From the NCBI RefSeq assembly GCF_009914755.1, contig NC_060926.1: a stretch of DNA of 64,000 nt. One strand, written 5' to 3'. Shown here in pieces: positions 27,563-40,046 of this stretch. The notes under the pieces are model-generated. The model saw only the letters and a list, made by a program, of their open reading frames with translations, did not search any database and had not been told where the DNA came from. Position numbers and translations under genes: made by a program. The DNA is from the human T2T-CHM13v2.0 reference genome, Homo sapiens. The stretch's first letter is position 1; each line of letters begins with the position of its first letter.

Positions 27563-29036
27563 TATAAGGAAGGGGAGATAATTTTCAACTTATTTTCTCG
27601 AGGTTATGCCAACAGCATGGATATAATGAGTATATTGCAATATAGAAAACTCAGTGAAAGACTGTTGAAATGAACTTCACAAAGGGAAGGGTCCCTGCCC
27701 CTTTGTTAATGGCAAAAGATGAGGCCTTTGATACTATGGCAGAAAAATAAGACAGAATATACAGAAAGACTGAAGTTTAAATTTTTAGATTTAAATTTTG
27801 GATTGAAAAATTAGGAACAGAAAGCTAATTAGAGAGAACAGATAGAGGCATGGAAATGAGCACCATGGAAGAAAGGAGATAAGCTTGATTATTAAATATG
27901 GCACAGGAATTAAAAGGTGGAGAAAATACTGTGAGAGGAACAGAGAGAAGAAAAATGCTCGAAGACAGAGACAGTGGAGGAGAGGCACAAAAGTTGTACA
28001 CAGAGAAAAAGAGAAAGGAGAATAAGTGAAGTTAGCAGAGAGTGAAAACTGCTTGCAAGAGATGGGGAACAATATGGGACATTGTAGGGATGGAGGGAAG
28101 ATTCACTAGACAGAAATAACTTCTGGCCCAAGAATGAGACATGTTAGCAGCGAGTTTTCACATTATGGTGTCCCCAGCCTATCAAAATGGCACCTGTAAT
28201 GTCCTCAGAGGCAGTCGACCTCCCCCTGAGGCTTTCATGTCTCTCCCATCTATAACTTAATGATTTCAAAACACATATGTCCAGATTTATCTTCTAAGTT
28301 CATTCATCTGAGTACCTGAATACGTTCATGAAGATATCTGAAAGACCTCTCCATTTGGATGTTTTTCAGGAACCTCAATACAAGACACCTCCAAGAGTAC
28401 ATACCATCTTTCCTGACACAGATCTGACTCCTCTCCCAGTGTTCCCTATCTCAGGATGAAACACTATTACTCCATTCTTGAAGCAGAAACCTAGGAGCCA
28501 CTCATGACTCACCCCACCTCCCTCAACTTAAACACCCCATCAACCATCCAGTAGACTTTTAGTGAGTTCTACATATCTCACCTGTCCATTTCCTTCCACC
28601 CCAACACAAAAACTCTGGTAAGATCTCTCTCTTGGACTGGAGCAACAGCCTCTAGACTCACATCTTTCCTCTGATCTTGTACCTCTCACATCCATTCTTT
28701 CCAACTCAAACAACTCTTTCAAAAATTGAAGTTGGCTTATCTTACATTTCTACTTTAAATCAATAACTACTTGGGGTCATAAGGATTAAATCTATTTTTT
28801 CCCCCAGGGCTCCAGCTTCATGTCTGCCTCTCCTGCAATTACTTCAAGGTTTATATACAAATTTTCTAGTCATTGTCATTTTCTGATGACTCTTTCTCAT
28901 CTGAGCTTTCCTAAAGGCTTAGCCCTGTGCTTGAAAAAGTCACCTTGTTTCACTACAATCTCCATCATGCTCACTAATCTAGTGAAATTATATGGAAATT
29001 ACATACACTCTCAGAGATGCCTTTTTTGATCCCTAG

Positions 29037-29186
29037 TTCTAGAAAGCAACGGGATGATAGATGCGGCAAGGACATACAGCACAGCACCAGGGGAGAAACA
29101 GGGAGAGGAGGAAGGCAGGAACAGTCCCAGAAAAAGAAACCAAGACAAGGAGAAGTACCAAGAGAGTCCAGAGGGAAGAGACAAAG
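29037..29186 (+). CDS. SP140: SP140 exon 8 (VLESNGMIDAARTYSTAPGEKQ...PEGRDK)
   Basis: TTTTTTGATCCCTAG| ... AAG|GTAGGA; 150 nt open frame, phase 1-1. Confidence 0.88.
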
Positions 29187-30005
29187 GTAGGAACAGAAGA
29201 AGCAGAGACATGTGTCAAGGGTGAAAATGAGAGTGCCAACATGGGGTGGGAGACCAGGTGGGCAAGGTTTCTGACAGTCTCTATCAGATTACTGGATTGC
29301 ACAAGAGCTTCTTTTACCCTCACAAAATCTTTAACATCGATATGCAAACAGCTGTATGTCTATCTTACAGACTGAGAAATAAAGCACAGAAATGCAAGCA
29401 GGATATTATCACAAAGGCAAAGTAGAAAAGGAAGAGTGGGCACCAGTGTCCTGGATGTGTCACTGGGTGATGGTTGTGCAAGGCCAGCTGGGGGTTCAGG
29501 GCCAGGTCACAGGGTCAGAATAGAAAGAAGTCCAAGGAGTTCTGCAGGTTCCCGGAGGAGTGGACCAGGGATCAATGTAAGGCTTTAAGGAAAAAAAATG
29601 CTAATGGGAGGGAAGGGAAATCATGGAAACACAGCATGGAAATAGAGCCTGCCCTTTGGAATAGGAGAGGGATCTAGAATAAGAGCTAAAGAAATAATAG
29701 AAAAGGGATATGGTATCACTGAAAAAGAAAAAAGACATAGAAACAGGAGACAAGAGAAGCCAGTTGGAGAGAAGATCAGACAATCCAAGCGCTGCTCAGC
29801 TAGGAGGGAATTATGTGGAGGCAGAACGGTGAGGAGGACACTGAGAATTACAGAGAAGGAGAAAGAGGAGCTGCAACAAGGTGGAGAAAAGGCGGAACAA
29901 GACAGGGGTGGCTCTCAGCATTTGCCCATCTTGGATGGCATGAACACACTGAGGCCTGTGTCCAAGTCACCCTCTGTGGTCTGTCAATTTCTTGTTTATC
30001 TGCAG

Positions 30006-30089
30006 AGACCTTTGATCTAAAAACTCCCCAAGTCACTAATGAAGGAGAACCAGAGAAGGGGCTCTGTCTACTACCAGGTGAAGGAGAAG
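30006..30089 (+). CDS. SP140: SP140 exon 9 (ETFDLKTPQVTNEGEPEKGLCLLPGEGE)
   Basis: TTTATCTGCAG| ... AAG|GTAATT; 84 nt, phase 1-1. Confidence 0.92.
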
Positions 30090-32101
30090 GTAATTATGAT
30101 TTAAGTTTTTAAATATTTGAGTACATCTTTGTTTTCTAGTTGGCATGGAAAAAAAGTTTCCCTTTCTCCCATCCTACCCTTCCCTTCTTCACATTCGCAT
30201 ACATACAGATGGAATTATGTCAATTTTCTGTTGTGCCTTTTTGAAAACTGTGAGAGAGACAAAGGATCAAGGTGAGCTGAGCCCCTGAGTGGGGACCATA
30301 TTTCTGCATGGGGAACGTAGGGAGAACGAATATACCAGAGGTAGGCTGGGGCGCGAGAGAAGTGCGTGGGTGATGTTATTAAACACACATTAAACCTAAA
30401 TAACAGCAGATTATGGCAACTGACGCAGGGGAGAATGTTTTCAGCCTACTTCCAGAAGGATCTGGAGCACAGACATGTTTTGTGAAAGACCGAAGGCTTG
30501 CAACTGAGGAAAGTCATGCAGGAGACCCTTGGGATGGTGCTGACAAGGGAAGGACCTGTGGTGCTATAGCCCCTGCGTGAACAGAAGATCTTTTCCAACC
30601 TGGAAGAAGATAACTTTGAGAATGAGGAAAATATATAAAATAAGGGACATTTTACCAGCATCTAGGAGCATAAGATAAAACCCAAAGAAACAGAAAAGGA
30701 GAAAGTAGAAGACACATAGAAAGGTGATAACCTCAAGGAGAAAAATTAGAGAAAATTGTACAAATGGTAGCAAATACAATAACAACAGCAATATGGGAAG
30801 GAAGCACAGAAGAAATTATGCAGAGAAAGAAACAGATCAAAATAATTAAAGAACCCATGAAGAGTGAAAACTGTTGTCCAAGGAAAGGAGCAGGTCGAGG
30901 GCCTATGGAGCTGAAGTCAGTCACTAGATAGAAGCAGCTCCCAGCAAAGGGCACCTCTATCAATAGTGAGTTTTCCAATCCAGGCCCCCCTAGGTAGACA
31001 GTGGCACAGAAGCATACTCAGAGAGTAAGAGTACTCTTTCCCCAGTCTCATCTGCTCAGGTAGTGGAATGATTCTCATGTACATGTCTGCGATGCAGACC
31101 TGCTTTCCAAGCTCTTCCATCCATGTGCCTGAAGATATTTATCCCAGGACCCTGCCCCTTGCAATGTCTTTCAGGAACTACACACATCCAAAAGGGAAAC
31201 CAACACCTCCTCCGAACCTAGAAACTCCCCTTTCTCCAGGGTTTACTCTGTCAGTAAAGGGATGAATATCCTGTTTGCTCTTCTACTCATCAGACTCTTT
31301 TTCTCTGCTTTAGCACAATTGTTCTCTGCTTTAGCACAATTGGCAATTGCAAGATGTCAATCAGATCATTTTCTTTTCCCCTTAGACGCGGTGATCTTTG
31401 CTGCACAGGATTAGATGAATTATCCTTCCTGTGGATTTCTGTGGCTTCCACCCTTCATGGGTCCCCAGCCCATATCATCTGTCCCATCTCTACTAATGGC
31501 ATCAATTGTTTCAGGAGCTGCAATGATCTGATCTTTCTTTTATATGTGGGCCCTTGAGCCACATTTCCCCTGTACTCTGTATTGTTGCCTTGGCCCACTC
31601 TTCTCCTGATCCCTTTCCTTATCTGGTTCATTTCCACCATCCCAAGGATGCCTTTCCTGATGCCCAGTATGAGAAAGGGGGTGACAAGGAAATAAATGAG
31701 ATGGGGAAAGCCAATAAAAAGCAGAGTCAGGGGTGCAAGAGAAAAAGGCAGGAGCAGAGAATGGAGCAGAAACACATGGAAACAAAGAGAAGCACCTGGA
31801 GCCACTGGCAGCAGGAAAGCAGGGCAAAGGCAGAAGAAATGTGCCTAGGAAAGGGGGAGGGGGAGAAGGAGAGAGAATTAGGAGTCCAGGCAGCAAGTGA
31901 GCTGATGGATGGTTCTCAGCCTTGGTGACAGCAACTGGAGTGCATCCACTTACAGGCCAGGTGAACCCACCTACAGAACCCACCTACAGGCCAGGAGGGC
32001 CTGGGTGATGGACAGCCCCACCTAGGAGATACTTCAGCTTCCCACGTCTTCACTAAGTTTTCTCTTCATAATTTCTTGAGGGATTTCTTTTCTTTCTGCA
32101 G

Positions 32102-32182
32102 AGGGCAGTGATGACTGTTCAGAAATGTGTGATGGAGAAGAGCCCCAGGAAGCCTCTAGCTCCCTAGCAAGATGTGGGTCAG
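32102..32182 (+). CDS. SP140: SP140 exon 10 (EGSDDCSEMCDGEEPQEASSSLARCGS)
   Basis: TTTCTGCAG| ... CAG|GTAAAG; 81 nt, phase 1-1. Confidence 0.92.
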
Positions 32183-33513
32183 GTAAAGAAGGGGAGGATT
32201 TCTGGCCCTGGGCTGCAGAGTGTCAGGAGGTTGAATTTGGAGCTTGTGTTTCCTGATTGTCTTTCCTCCAAGTATACTTCACAGTGAAAGAATGCAATTA
32301 AATCTGAGATTTTTCACATTTTCTATACATGGATATTTGAGAAATGCAGGGAGGAATCTTGATATAGAAGTCTGTGTTTAACGGAATGGGTTTTATTGTT
32401 TGAACATATGTGTTTAGATAATCACGTGGTAGTTGGATTATGTCAAGGCAAGGCAATGTGTTCTCCCCTTCATATTCTCATGCCTATTAATACTGAAGCA
32501 TTAAAATATTTTACTGAATAAGATCTCCTGATACCCTCACAAAACCTTAAGATGGGGCCAGACAAACTGGGTAATCCTATTTTACAGATGAAGAAATAAA
32601 GGTCAGAATATGCTAGGAGGAAAAAATGCTCTTTGCCTTTATTTTTCTTCACTATCAATAGTATTACTTGAATTTAAAATTCTATTCTCACTCACTTTTT
32701 CTATGGGAATGAAAAAGCTTATCATCCCTCTGCTGGTAGATACTTTTTATCATTTTATTACAAACTTGACAAAGCCTTCAAAGAAATGGTATCCTACCCT
32801 CTAATTGACAGAATTCAGATGATCTCTTTATGAGACTAAATGCTATTTTTGACCAATACTCTTCATTATGTTATTGGATCATGCAGTATGTTTTTAGAGG
32901 ACTCTGATAAGTGTTACATTTTTACCCTCAGAAACCTCAAGATTTAGGCAGGGAAAGTGCTGTTATTGTTGTTTTGAGGAGCTAGAAACACAGACGTACA
33001 TGTGACACCGGTGTTTGTTAAGACCCAAGAAGGAGGGAAATGCGGAGACCAGTGTCCTGGATGACTCCTTACAGGCTTTCAGTTCTGTGAGGCGGGCATG
33101 GGTTAGGGTGGGGTCCCATAGACTGAGTCCAATGTGGATGCCCAAAGGGTTTTTAGGAATCTGAGAGACTCTACCTGGGTTTAATGGAAAGAGACTTTTA
33201 TTAACAAGTAAAGCAAGCTTAAGGAGAGGAGTGGAAAAATTATTGAGAGTTAGAAAGTATGTAAATATAATCCATGATACGAGATAGGAGATATCCAGAA
33301 AAATAGAGCCAGGAAAGATACACAGAGATAGAATGTGCATAGCAGATGTAGCATATCACTGAAGGAGAAAGAGACAGATATTCAGGGAGAGATGTTTGGA
33401 AGAGAAAGTCCACAGAGCCAAAGAGAAGGACAGTTGCCTTCATAGAGTAGCATTCTATGAAGGTGTATGAAGATATAAGTGTATACCTTCATGTGCCTTA
33501 ATAGGCATAGAGT

Positions 33514-33637
33514 GGGGCAAGGACATAAAGCACAGGACCAGGGATGCAAGAGGGAAATGAGGGAGGCAGGAGCAGTCCCAGAAAAAGAAACCAAGACAAG
33601 GAGAAGTACCAAGAGAGTCCAGCGGCAAGAGACAGAG
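33514..33637 (+). pseudogene. Degenerate duplicate of SP140 exon 8 (pseudo-exon)
   Basis: Homologous to 29065-29186. It lacks the exon 8 acceptor and 5' end, has TAA (33526-33528) where exon 8 has TAC, and keeps the donor GAG|GTAGAA. Confidence 0.75.
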
Positions 33638-34436
33638 GTAGAAACAGAAGAAGCAGAGACATGTGTCAAGCATGAAAATGAGAGTGCCAACATGGGGTGG
33701 GAGACCAGGTGGGCAAGGTTTCTGACAGTCTCTATCAGATTACTGGGTTGCACAAGAGCTCCTTTTACCCTCACAAACTCTTAAACATCTGTATGCAAAC
33801 AGCTAAACGTCTATTTTAGACTGAGAAATAAAGCACAGAAATGCAAGCAGGATATTATCGCAAAGGCAAAGTAGAAAAGGAAGAGTGGGCCCCAGTGTCC
33901 TGGATGTGTCACTGGGTGATAGTTGTGCAAAGTCAGCTGGGGGTTCAGGGCCGGGTCACAGGGTCAGAATAGAAAGAAGCCCAAGGAGTTCTGCAGGTTC
34001 CCTGAGGAGTGAACCAGGGATCAATGTAAGGCTTTAAGGAAAAGAAAAATGCTACCGGGAGGGAAGGGAGATCGTGGAAACACAGCATGGAAATAGAGCC
34101 TGCTCTATGGGATAGGATGGATCTAGAATAAGAGCTAAAGAAATAATAGAAAAGAGATACAATATCACTAAAAAAGAAAAAAGACATAGAAACAGGAGGC
34201 AGGAGAGGCCAGTTGGAGAGAAGATCAGACAATCCAAGCGCTGCTCAGCTAGGAGGGAACTATGTGGAGGCAGAACGGTGAGGAGGACACTGAGAATTAG
34301 AGAGAAGGAGAAAGAGGAGATGTAACAAGATGGAGAAAAGGCGGAACAAGACAGGGGTGGCTCTTAGCATTTTCCCATCTTGGATGGCGTGAATGCACTG
34401 AGGTCTGTGTCCAAGTCACCCTCTGTGGTCTGTCAG

Positions 34437-34538
34437 TTTCTTGTTTATCTGCAGAGACCTTTGATCTAAAGACTCCCCAAGTCACTAATGAAGGAGAACC
34501 AGAGAAGGAGCTCAGTCTACTACCAGGTGAAGGAGAAG
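34437..34538 (+). CDS. SP140: SP140 exon 11 (VSCLSAETFDLKTPQVTNEGEPEKELSLLPGEGE); alternative start 34455
   Basis: Duplicate of exon 9 with an extra upstream acceptor TGTCAG| at 34436; 102 nt (84 nt from the inner acceptor); donor AAG|GTAATT. Confidence 0.88.
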
Positions 34539-36572
34539 GTAATTATGATGTACATTTTTAGGTATTTGAGTACATCTTTGTTTTCCAGTTGACATGGGAA
34601 AAAAGCTTCCCTTTCTCCCATCCTACCCTTCTCTTCTTCACATTCGCATACATACAGATGGAATTATGTCAATTTTCTGTTGGGCTTTTTTTGTAAATTG
34701 TGAGAGACAAAGGATCAAGCTAAGGTGAGCCCCTGAGTGGAGACCATATCCCTGCATGGAGCATGTAGGGAGATACAATATGCCAGAGGTAGGCTGGGGG
34801 CACCAGAGAAGAAGTTCCTGGGTGATGTTATTAAAAACACATGAAACCGAAATATCAGCAGGTTATGGTAATTGAGGCAGGGAGATTGTTTTCAGCCTAC
34901 TTTCAGAAGTATCAGGAACACAGACGTAAGTTTTGTGAATGATTGAATGCTTGCAATTGAGAAAAGTCATGTGGAAGACCCTTGGGATGGAGCTGACAAG
35001 CAAAGCGTATGCAGTTTTACAGCCCCTGCGTAAACGGAAGAACTTTTCCAACCTGGGAGAAGAGAACTTTGAGAGTGAGGAAAATATATAAAATCGTGGA
35101 CATTTTACAGGCATCTAAGAGGTTAAGGTAAAACCCAAAGAAACAGAGACAGAAAAGGAGAAAGTGAAAGACAAAGTAGAAAGAGGATAATCTCGATAAG
35201 AAATAAGAGGCAGAGAGAAAAGTTAAGAGAAAATTATACAAATGGAGGCAAATACAAATGACAACAATGTTGGAAGGAAGCACAGATTAAACTATGCAGA
35301 GAAAGAGATCAAAATAATTAAAGTACCCATGAAGAGTGCAAACTATGTCGGAGGAAAGGAGCGGGTTGAGGGCCTGTAGAGCTGAAGTCAGAGTTACTAG
35401 ACAGCAGCAACATCCAGCAAACGGCACCTCTATCAATAGTGAGTTTTCTGATTAAGGTCCTTCTAGGTAGAGAGTGACACAGAAGCATACTCAGAGGGTA
35501 AGAATTCTTTCTCTCCCCGCAGCCTCATCTGCTCAGGTAGTGGAATCATTGTCAAGCATTTAATATCTGTCTGTTAGGCAGGCCTCCCTTCCAAGCTCTT
35601 CCATCTGTGTGCCTGAAGACTTTTATCTTGGGACCTTCTTTATTGCAATGTCTTTCAGGAACTGAACACCTCACAGTGGAAACCAGCACCTCCCCTGAAC
35701 TTAGAAACTCCTCTTTCTCCAGGGTTTGCTGTCTCAGTAAAGGGATGAATGTCCTGTTTGCTCTTCTACTCATCAGACTCATTTTTTCTGCTTTAGCACA
35801 ATTGTTATTTGCAAGATATCAATCAGATCATCTTCCTTTCCCCTTAGATGTGGTGATCTTTGTTGCACAGGATTAGAAGAGTTATCCTTCCTGTGGATTT
35901 CTGTGGCTTCCACCCTTCATGGGGCCCCAGCCCATATCATCTGTCTCATCTCTACTAATGGCATCAATCATTTCAGGAGCTGCAATGATCTGATCTTTCT
36001 TTTATATGTGGGCCCTTGAGCCACACTTCCCCTGTACTATGTGTTGTTGCCTTGGCCCACTCTGCTCCTGATCCCCTTCCTTATCTGGTTCATTTCCACT
36101 ATCCCAGGAATGCCTTTCCTGATACCCAGTATGAAAAAGGGGGTGACAAGGAAATAAACAAGATGGGGAAAGCTAGTAAAGAGCAGAGTCAGGGGTGCAA
36201 GAGAAAAGGATAGAAACAGAGAAGGGGGGCAGAAACGCATGGAAACAAAGAGAAGCACCTGGAGCCACTGGCAGCAGGAAAGCAGGGCAGAGGCCTGAGT
36301 CTAATGTGGAAAGGGGGAGGGGGAGAAGGAGAGAGAATTAGGAGTCCAGGCAGCAAGTGAGCTGATGGATGGTTCTCAGCCTTGGTGGCAGCAACTGGAG
36401 TGTGTCCACCTACAGGCCAGGTGAACCCACAGGGCAGACCAGGAGGACCTGGGTGGGGGACAGCCCTACCTGAGAGATACTTCAGCTTTCCACATCTTCA
36501 CTAAGTTTTCTCTTCATGATTTTTTGTTGGTTGTATACTGAGACCTCTGAGGGATTTCCTTCCTTTCTGCAG

Positions 36573-36653
36573 AGGGCAGTGATGACTGTTCGGAAATGTG
36601 TGATGGAGAAGAGCGCCAGGAAGCCTCTAGCTCCCTAGCAAGACGTGGGTCAG
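36573..36653 (+). CDS. SP140: SP140 exon 12 (EGSDDCSEMCDGEERQEASSSLARRGS)
   Basis: Duplicate of exon 10 (3 substitutions); TTTCTGCAG| ... CAG|GTAAGG; 81 nt. Confidence 0.92.
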
Positions 36654-37171
36654 GTAAGGACGGGGGGGGGATTTCTGGCCCTGGGCTGCAGAGTGTCAGG
36701 AGGTTGAATTTGGAGCTCGTGTTTCCTGATTGACTTTCCTCTGCATATACCTCACAGTGAAAGGATCTAATTAATCCTGAGATTTTTCACATTTTCTGTA
36801 CATGAATCTTTTGTGAAATGCAGGGAGGAATCTTTATACAGAAGTCCATGTTTAACAGAATGGGATTTATTGTTTGAACATATGTGTTCAGGCAGTCTAG
36901 TGGTAGTCAAAATATGCCAAGGCAAGGCAATGTGTTCCCTCCTTTATATTCTCATGCCTTTCAATACTACAGTATTAAAATATTTTACCAAATAAGATCT
37001 CTCGATACCCTCACAAAACCTTAAGATGGGGGCAGGCAAACTGAGTAATCCTATTTTATAGGTGAAGAAATAAAGGTCAGAAATACGGTAGGAAGAAGCA
37101 ATGCTCTTTTGCCTTTATTTTTTCTAGCTATCAATACTATTATTTGAATTCATATAAAATTTCTATTCTCA

Positions 37172-37795
37172 GGAACAATTTTACACTGTTGGTGGGACTG
37201 TAAACTAGTTCAACCATTGTGGAAGTCAGTGTGGTGATTCCTCAGGGATCTAGAACTAGAAATACCATTTGACTCAGCCATCCCATTACTGGGTATATAC
37301 CCAAAGGATTATAAATCATGCTGCTATAAAGACACATGCACACGTATGTTTATTGTGGCACTATTCACAATAGCAAAGACTTGGAACCAACCCAAATGTC
37401 CAACAATGATAGACTGGATTAAGAAAATGTGGCACATATACACCATGGAATACTATGCAGCCATAAAAAATGATGAGTCCATGTCCTTTGTAGGGACATG
37501 GATGAAGCTGGAAACCATCATTCTCAGCAAACTATCACAAGGACAAAAAACCAAACACTGCATGTTCTCACTCATAGGTGGGAATTGAACAATGAGAACA
37601 CTTGGACACAAGAAGGGGGATATCACACACCAGGGCCTATTGTGGGGTGGGGGAGGGGGGAGGGATAGCATTAGGAGATATACCTAACGTAAATGATGAG
37701 TTAATGGGTGCAGCACACCAACACAGCACATGTATACATATGTAACAAACCTGCACGTTGTGCACATGTACCCTAAAACTTAAAGTATAATAAAA
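37172..37795 (+). mobile_element. 5'-truncated primate L1PA with 16-bp TSD
   Basis: ORF2 C-terminus (MFIVALFTIAKTWNQPKCP), 3' UTR with G-tract and polyA; TSD AAAATTTCTATTCTCA at 37156-37171 and 37796-37811. Confidence 0.95.
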
Positions 37796-38600
37796 AAAAT
37801 TTCTATTCTCACTCCCTCTATGGAAATAAAAAAGGGTATCATTCCTCTGCTGGTAGATACTTTTTTATGATTTTTTCACAAACTTGACAAAGCCTTCAGT
37901 GTAATGGTATTCTACCATCTAATTGGCAGAACTTAGATCAACTATTTGTGAGACTAAATGGTATTTTTGACCAGTACTTTCCATTATGTCATTGGATCAT
38001 GCAGTGGTTTTTCAGAGTACTCTGATAGGTGTTATAATTTTACTCACAAAAACCTCAAGACTTAGATAGGGAAGGTGCTGTTATTGCTGTTTTAAGGAGC
38101 CAGAAACACAGAAATGCATGTGACACGGGTGTTTGATAAGACCCAAGAAAAAAGAAAGAGCAGAGACCAGTGTCCTGGATGACTCCTTACAGGCTTTCAG
38201 TTCTATGAGGTGGGCATGGGTTGGGGTGGGGTCTCATAGTCTGAGTCCAATGTGGATGCCCAAAGGGTTTTTAGGAATCCAAGAGACTCTACCAGGGTTC
38301 AATGGAAAGAGACTTTTATCTAACAAATAAAGAAAGATTAGGGAGAGATAAGGAAACATTATCAAGAGTTGGAAAATACTTGAATGTAATCTACGATACG
38401 AGATAGGAGATATCCAGAAAAATAGAGCCAGAAAAGAGAAACAGAGAGGCAATATGAAAAGTATATGTAGCACATCACTGAAGGAGGAAGAGACAGTAAG
38501 GGAGAGGAGATGTTAAGAAGAGAAAGTCCAGAAAGCCGAAAAGAACCATAGATGCCGTCATAGAGTAATAAAAAGATATCACTAGTAGAAGGGGCTATCA

Positions 38601-38918
<318 letters not shown>

Positions 38919-39551
38919 TTAATATCAAACGAAAGGCTGAATTTATTGTTCAGTTAAGGGATAGTTGTGCTTGTGGGTCAGTTTCTCTGAACAGAGAACG
39001 TTTGTGGAAGTGTGGATCTCGGTGACTGGCGGCCTTCAAAAGTGAGATTTGTTAGTGGTTAGCTGACCTTTAGTGAAAGCAGGGTCACTGGAGTGTGGCT
39101 GTTACTGACTGTCTGACTTTCAGAAGCATGGGGAAGTCAATGGTTGGCTGGCTTTCAGAGGCCTGTGTACTGGCCAGAAGCTATTGTTGATTAATTGGGA
39201 TGATTCTGGTTGTTATTGACCATATGGCCAAACAATAATGAGTTTTCCTAGAAGTGTAGCAACTTTCAATTATCAGTTTCCCCTTTAGGAAATCTCTCAT
39301 CTAAAGCTGCAGGAGGCACCATCAAGTATTTTCCCCATCCAAGATGTCTTTTCTGGAAGAGGACCCTGGAAACAAAATCCTAGGATTCCCCTTCACTGAG
39401 TAGGAGTTATAGAGTTGCTAGATTGAGAGTGTTATCCTTGCAAAGGATGACATAAGAAAAAGTAATGATGTTTTACAATACGTTAATGGAATGGCAGACA
39501 ACTGTTGAAAGTTTTTAATTAGCAGCAGAATTGTGCTGCTTGCAATACTAT

Positions 39552-40046
<495 letters not shown>

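Larger units (their letters stand above)
29065..33450 (+). repeat. Intragenic tandem duplication, copy 1 (3' part of exon 8, exons 9-10)
   Basis: Colinear with 33514-38567 at an offset of 4449 at exon 9/11 and 4471 at exon 10/12. Confidence 0.93.
33514..38567 (+). repeat. Intragenic tandem duplication, copy 2 (pseudo-exon 8, exons 11-12, extra L1)
   Basis: Long near-identical stretches shared with copy 1, also visible as duplicated ORFs in the ORF track. Confidence 0.93.

Noticed and set aside
31300-31341. 21-bp local duplication TTCTCTGCTTTAGCACAATTG present only in copy 1
   Set aside because: Simple slippage indel; useful only as a copy marker.
38920-39260. Weak similarity to 50030-50400 (GCTGA.TTTATT, GGCTGGCTTTCAGA-like motifs)
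   Set aside because: Probably old LTR-derived fragments; similarity too weak to assert by eye.
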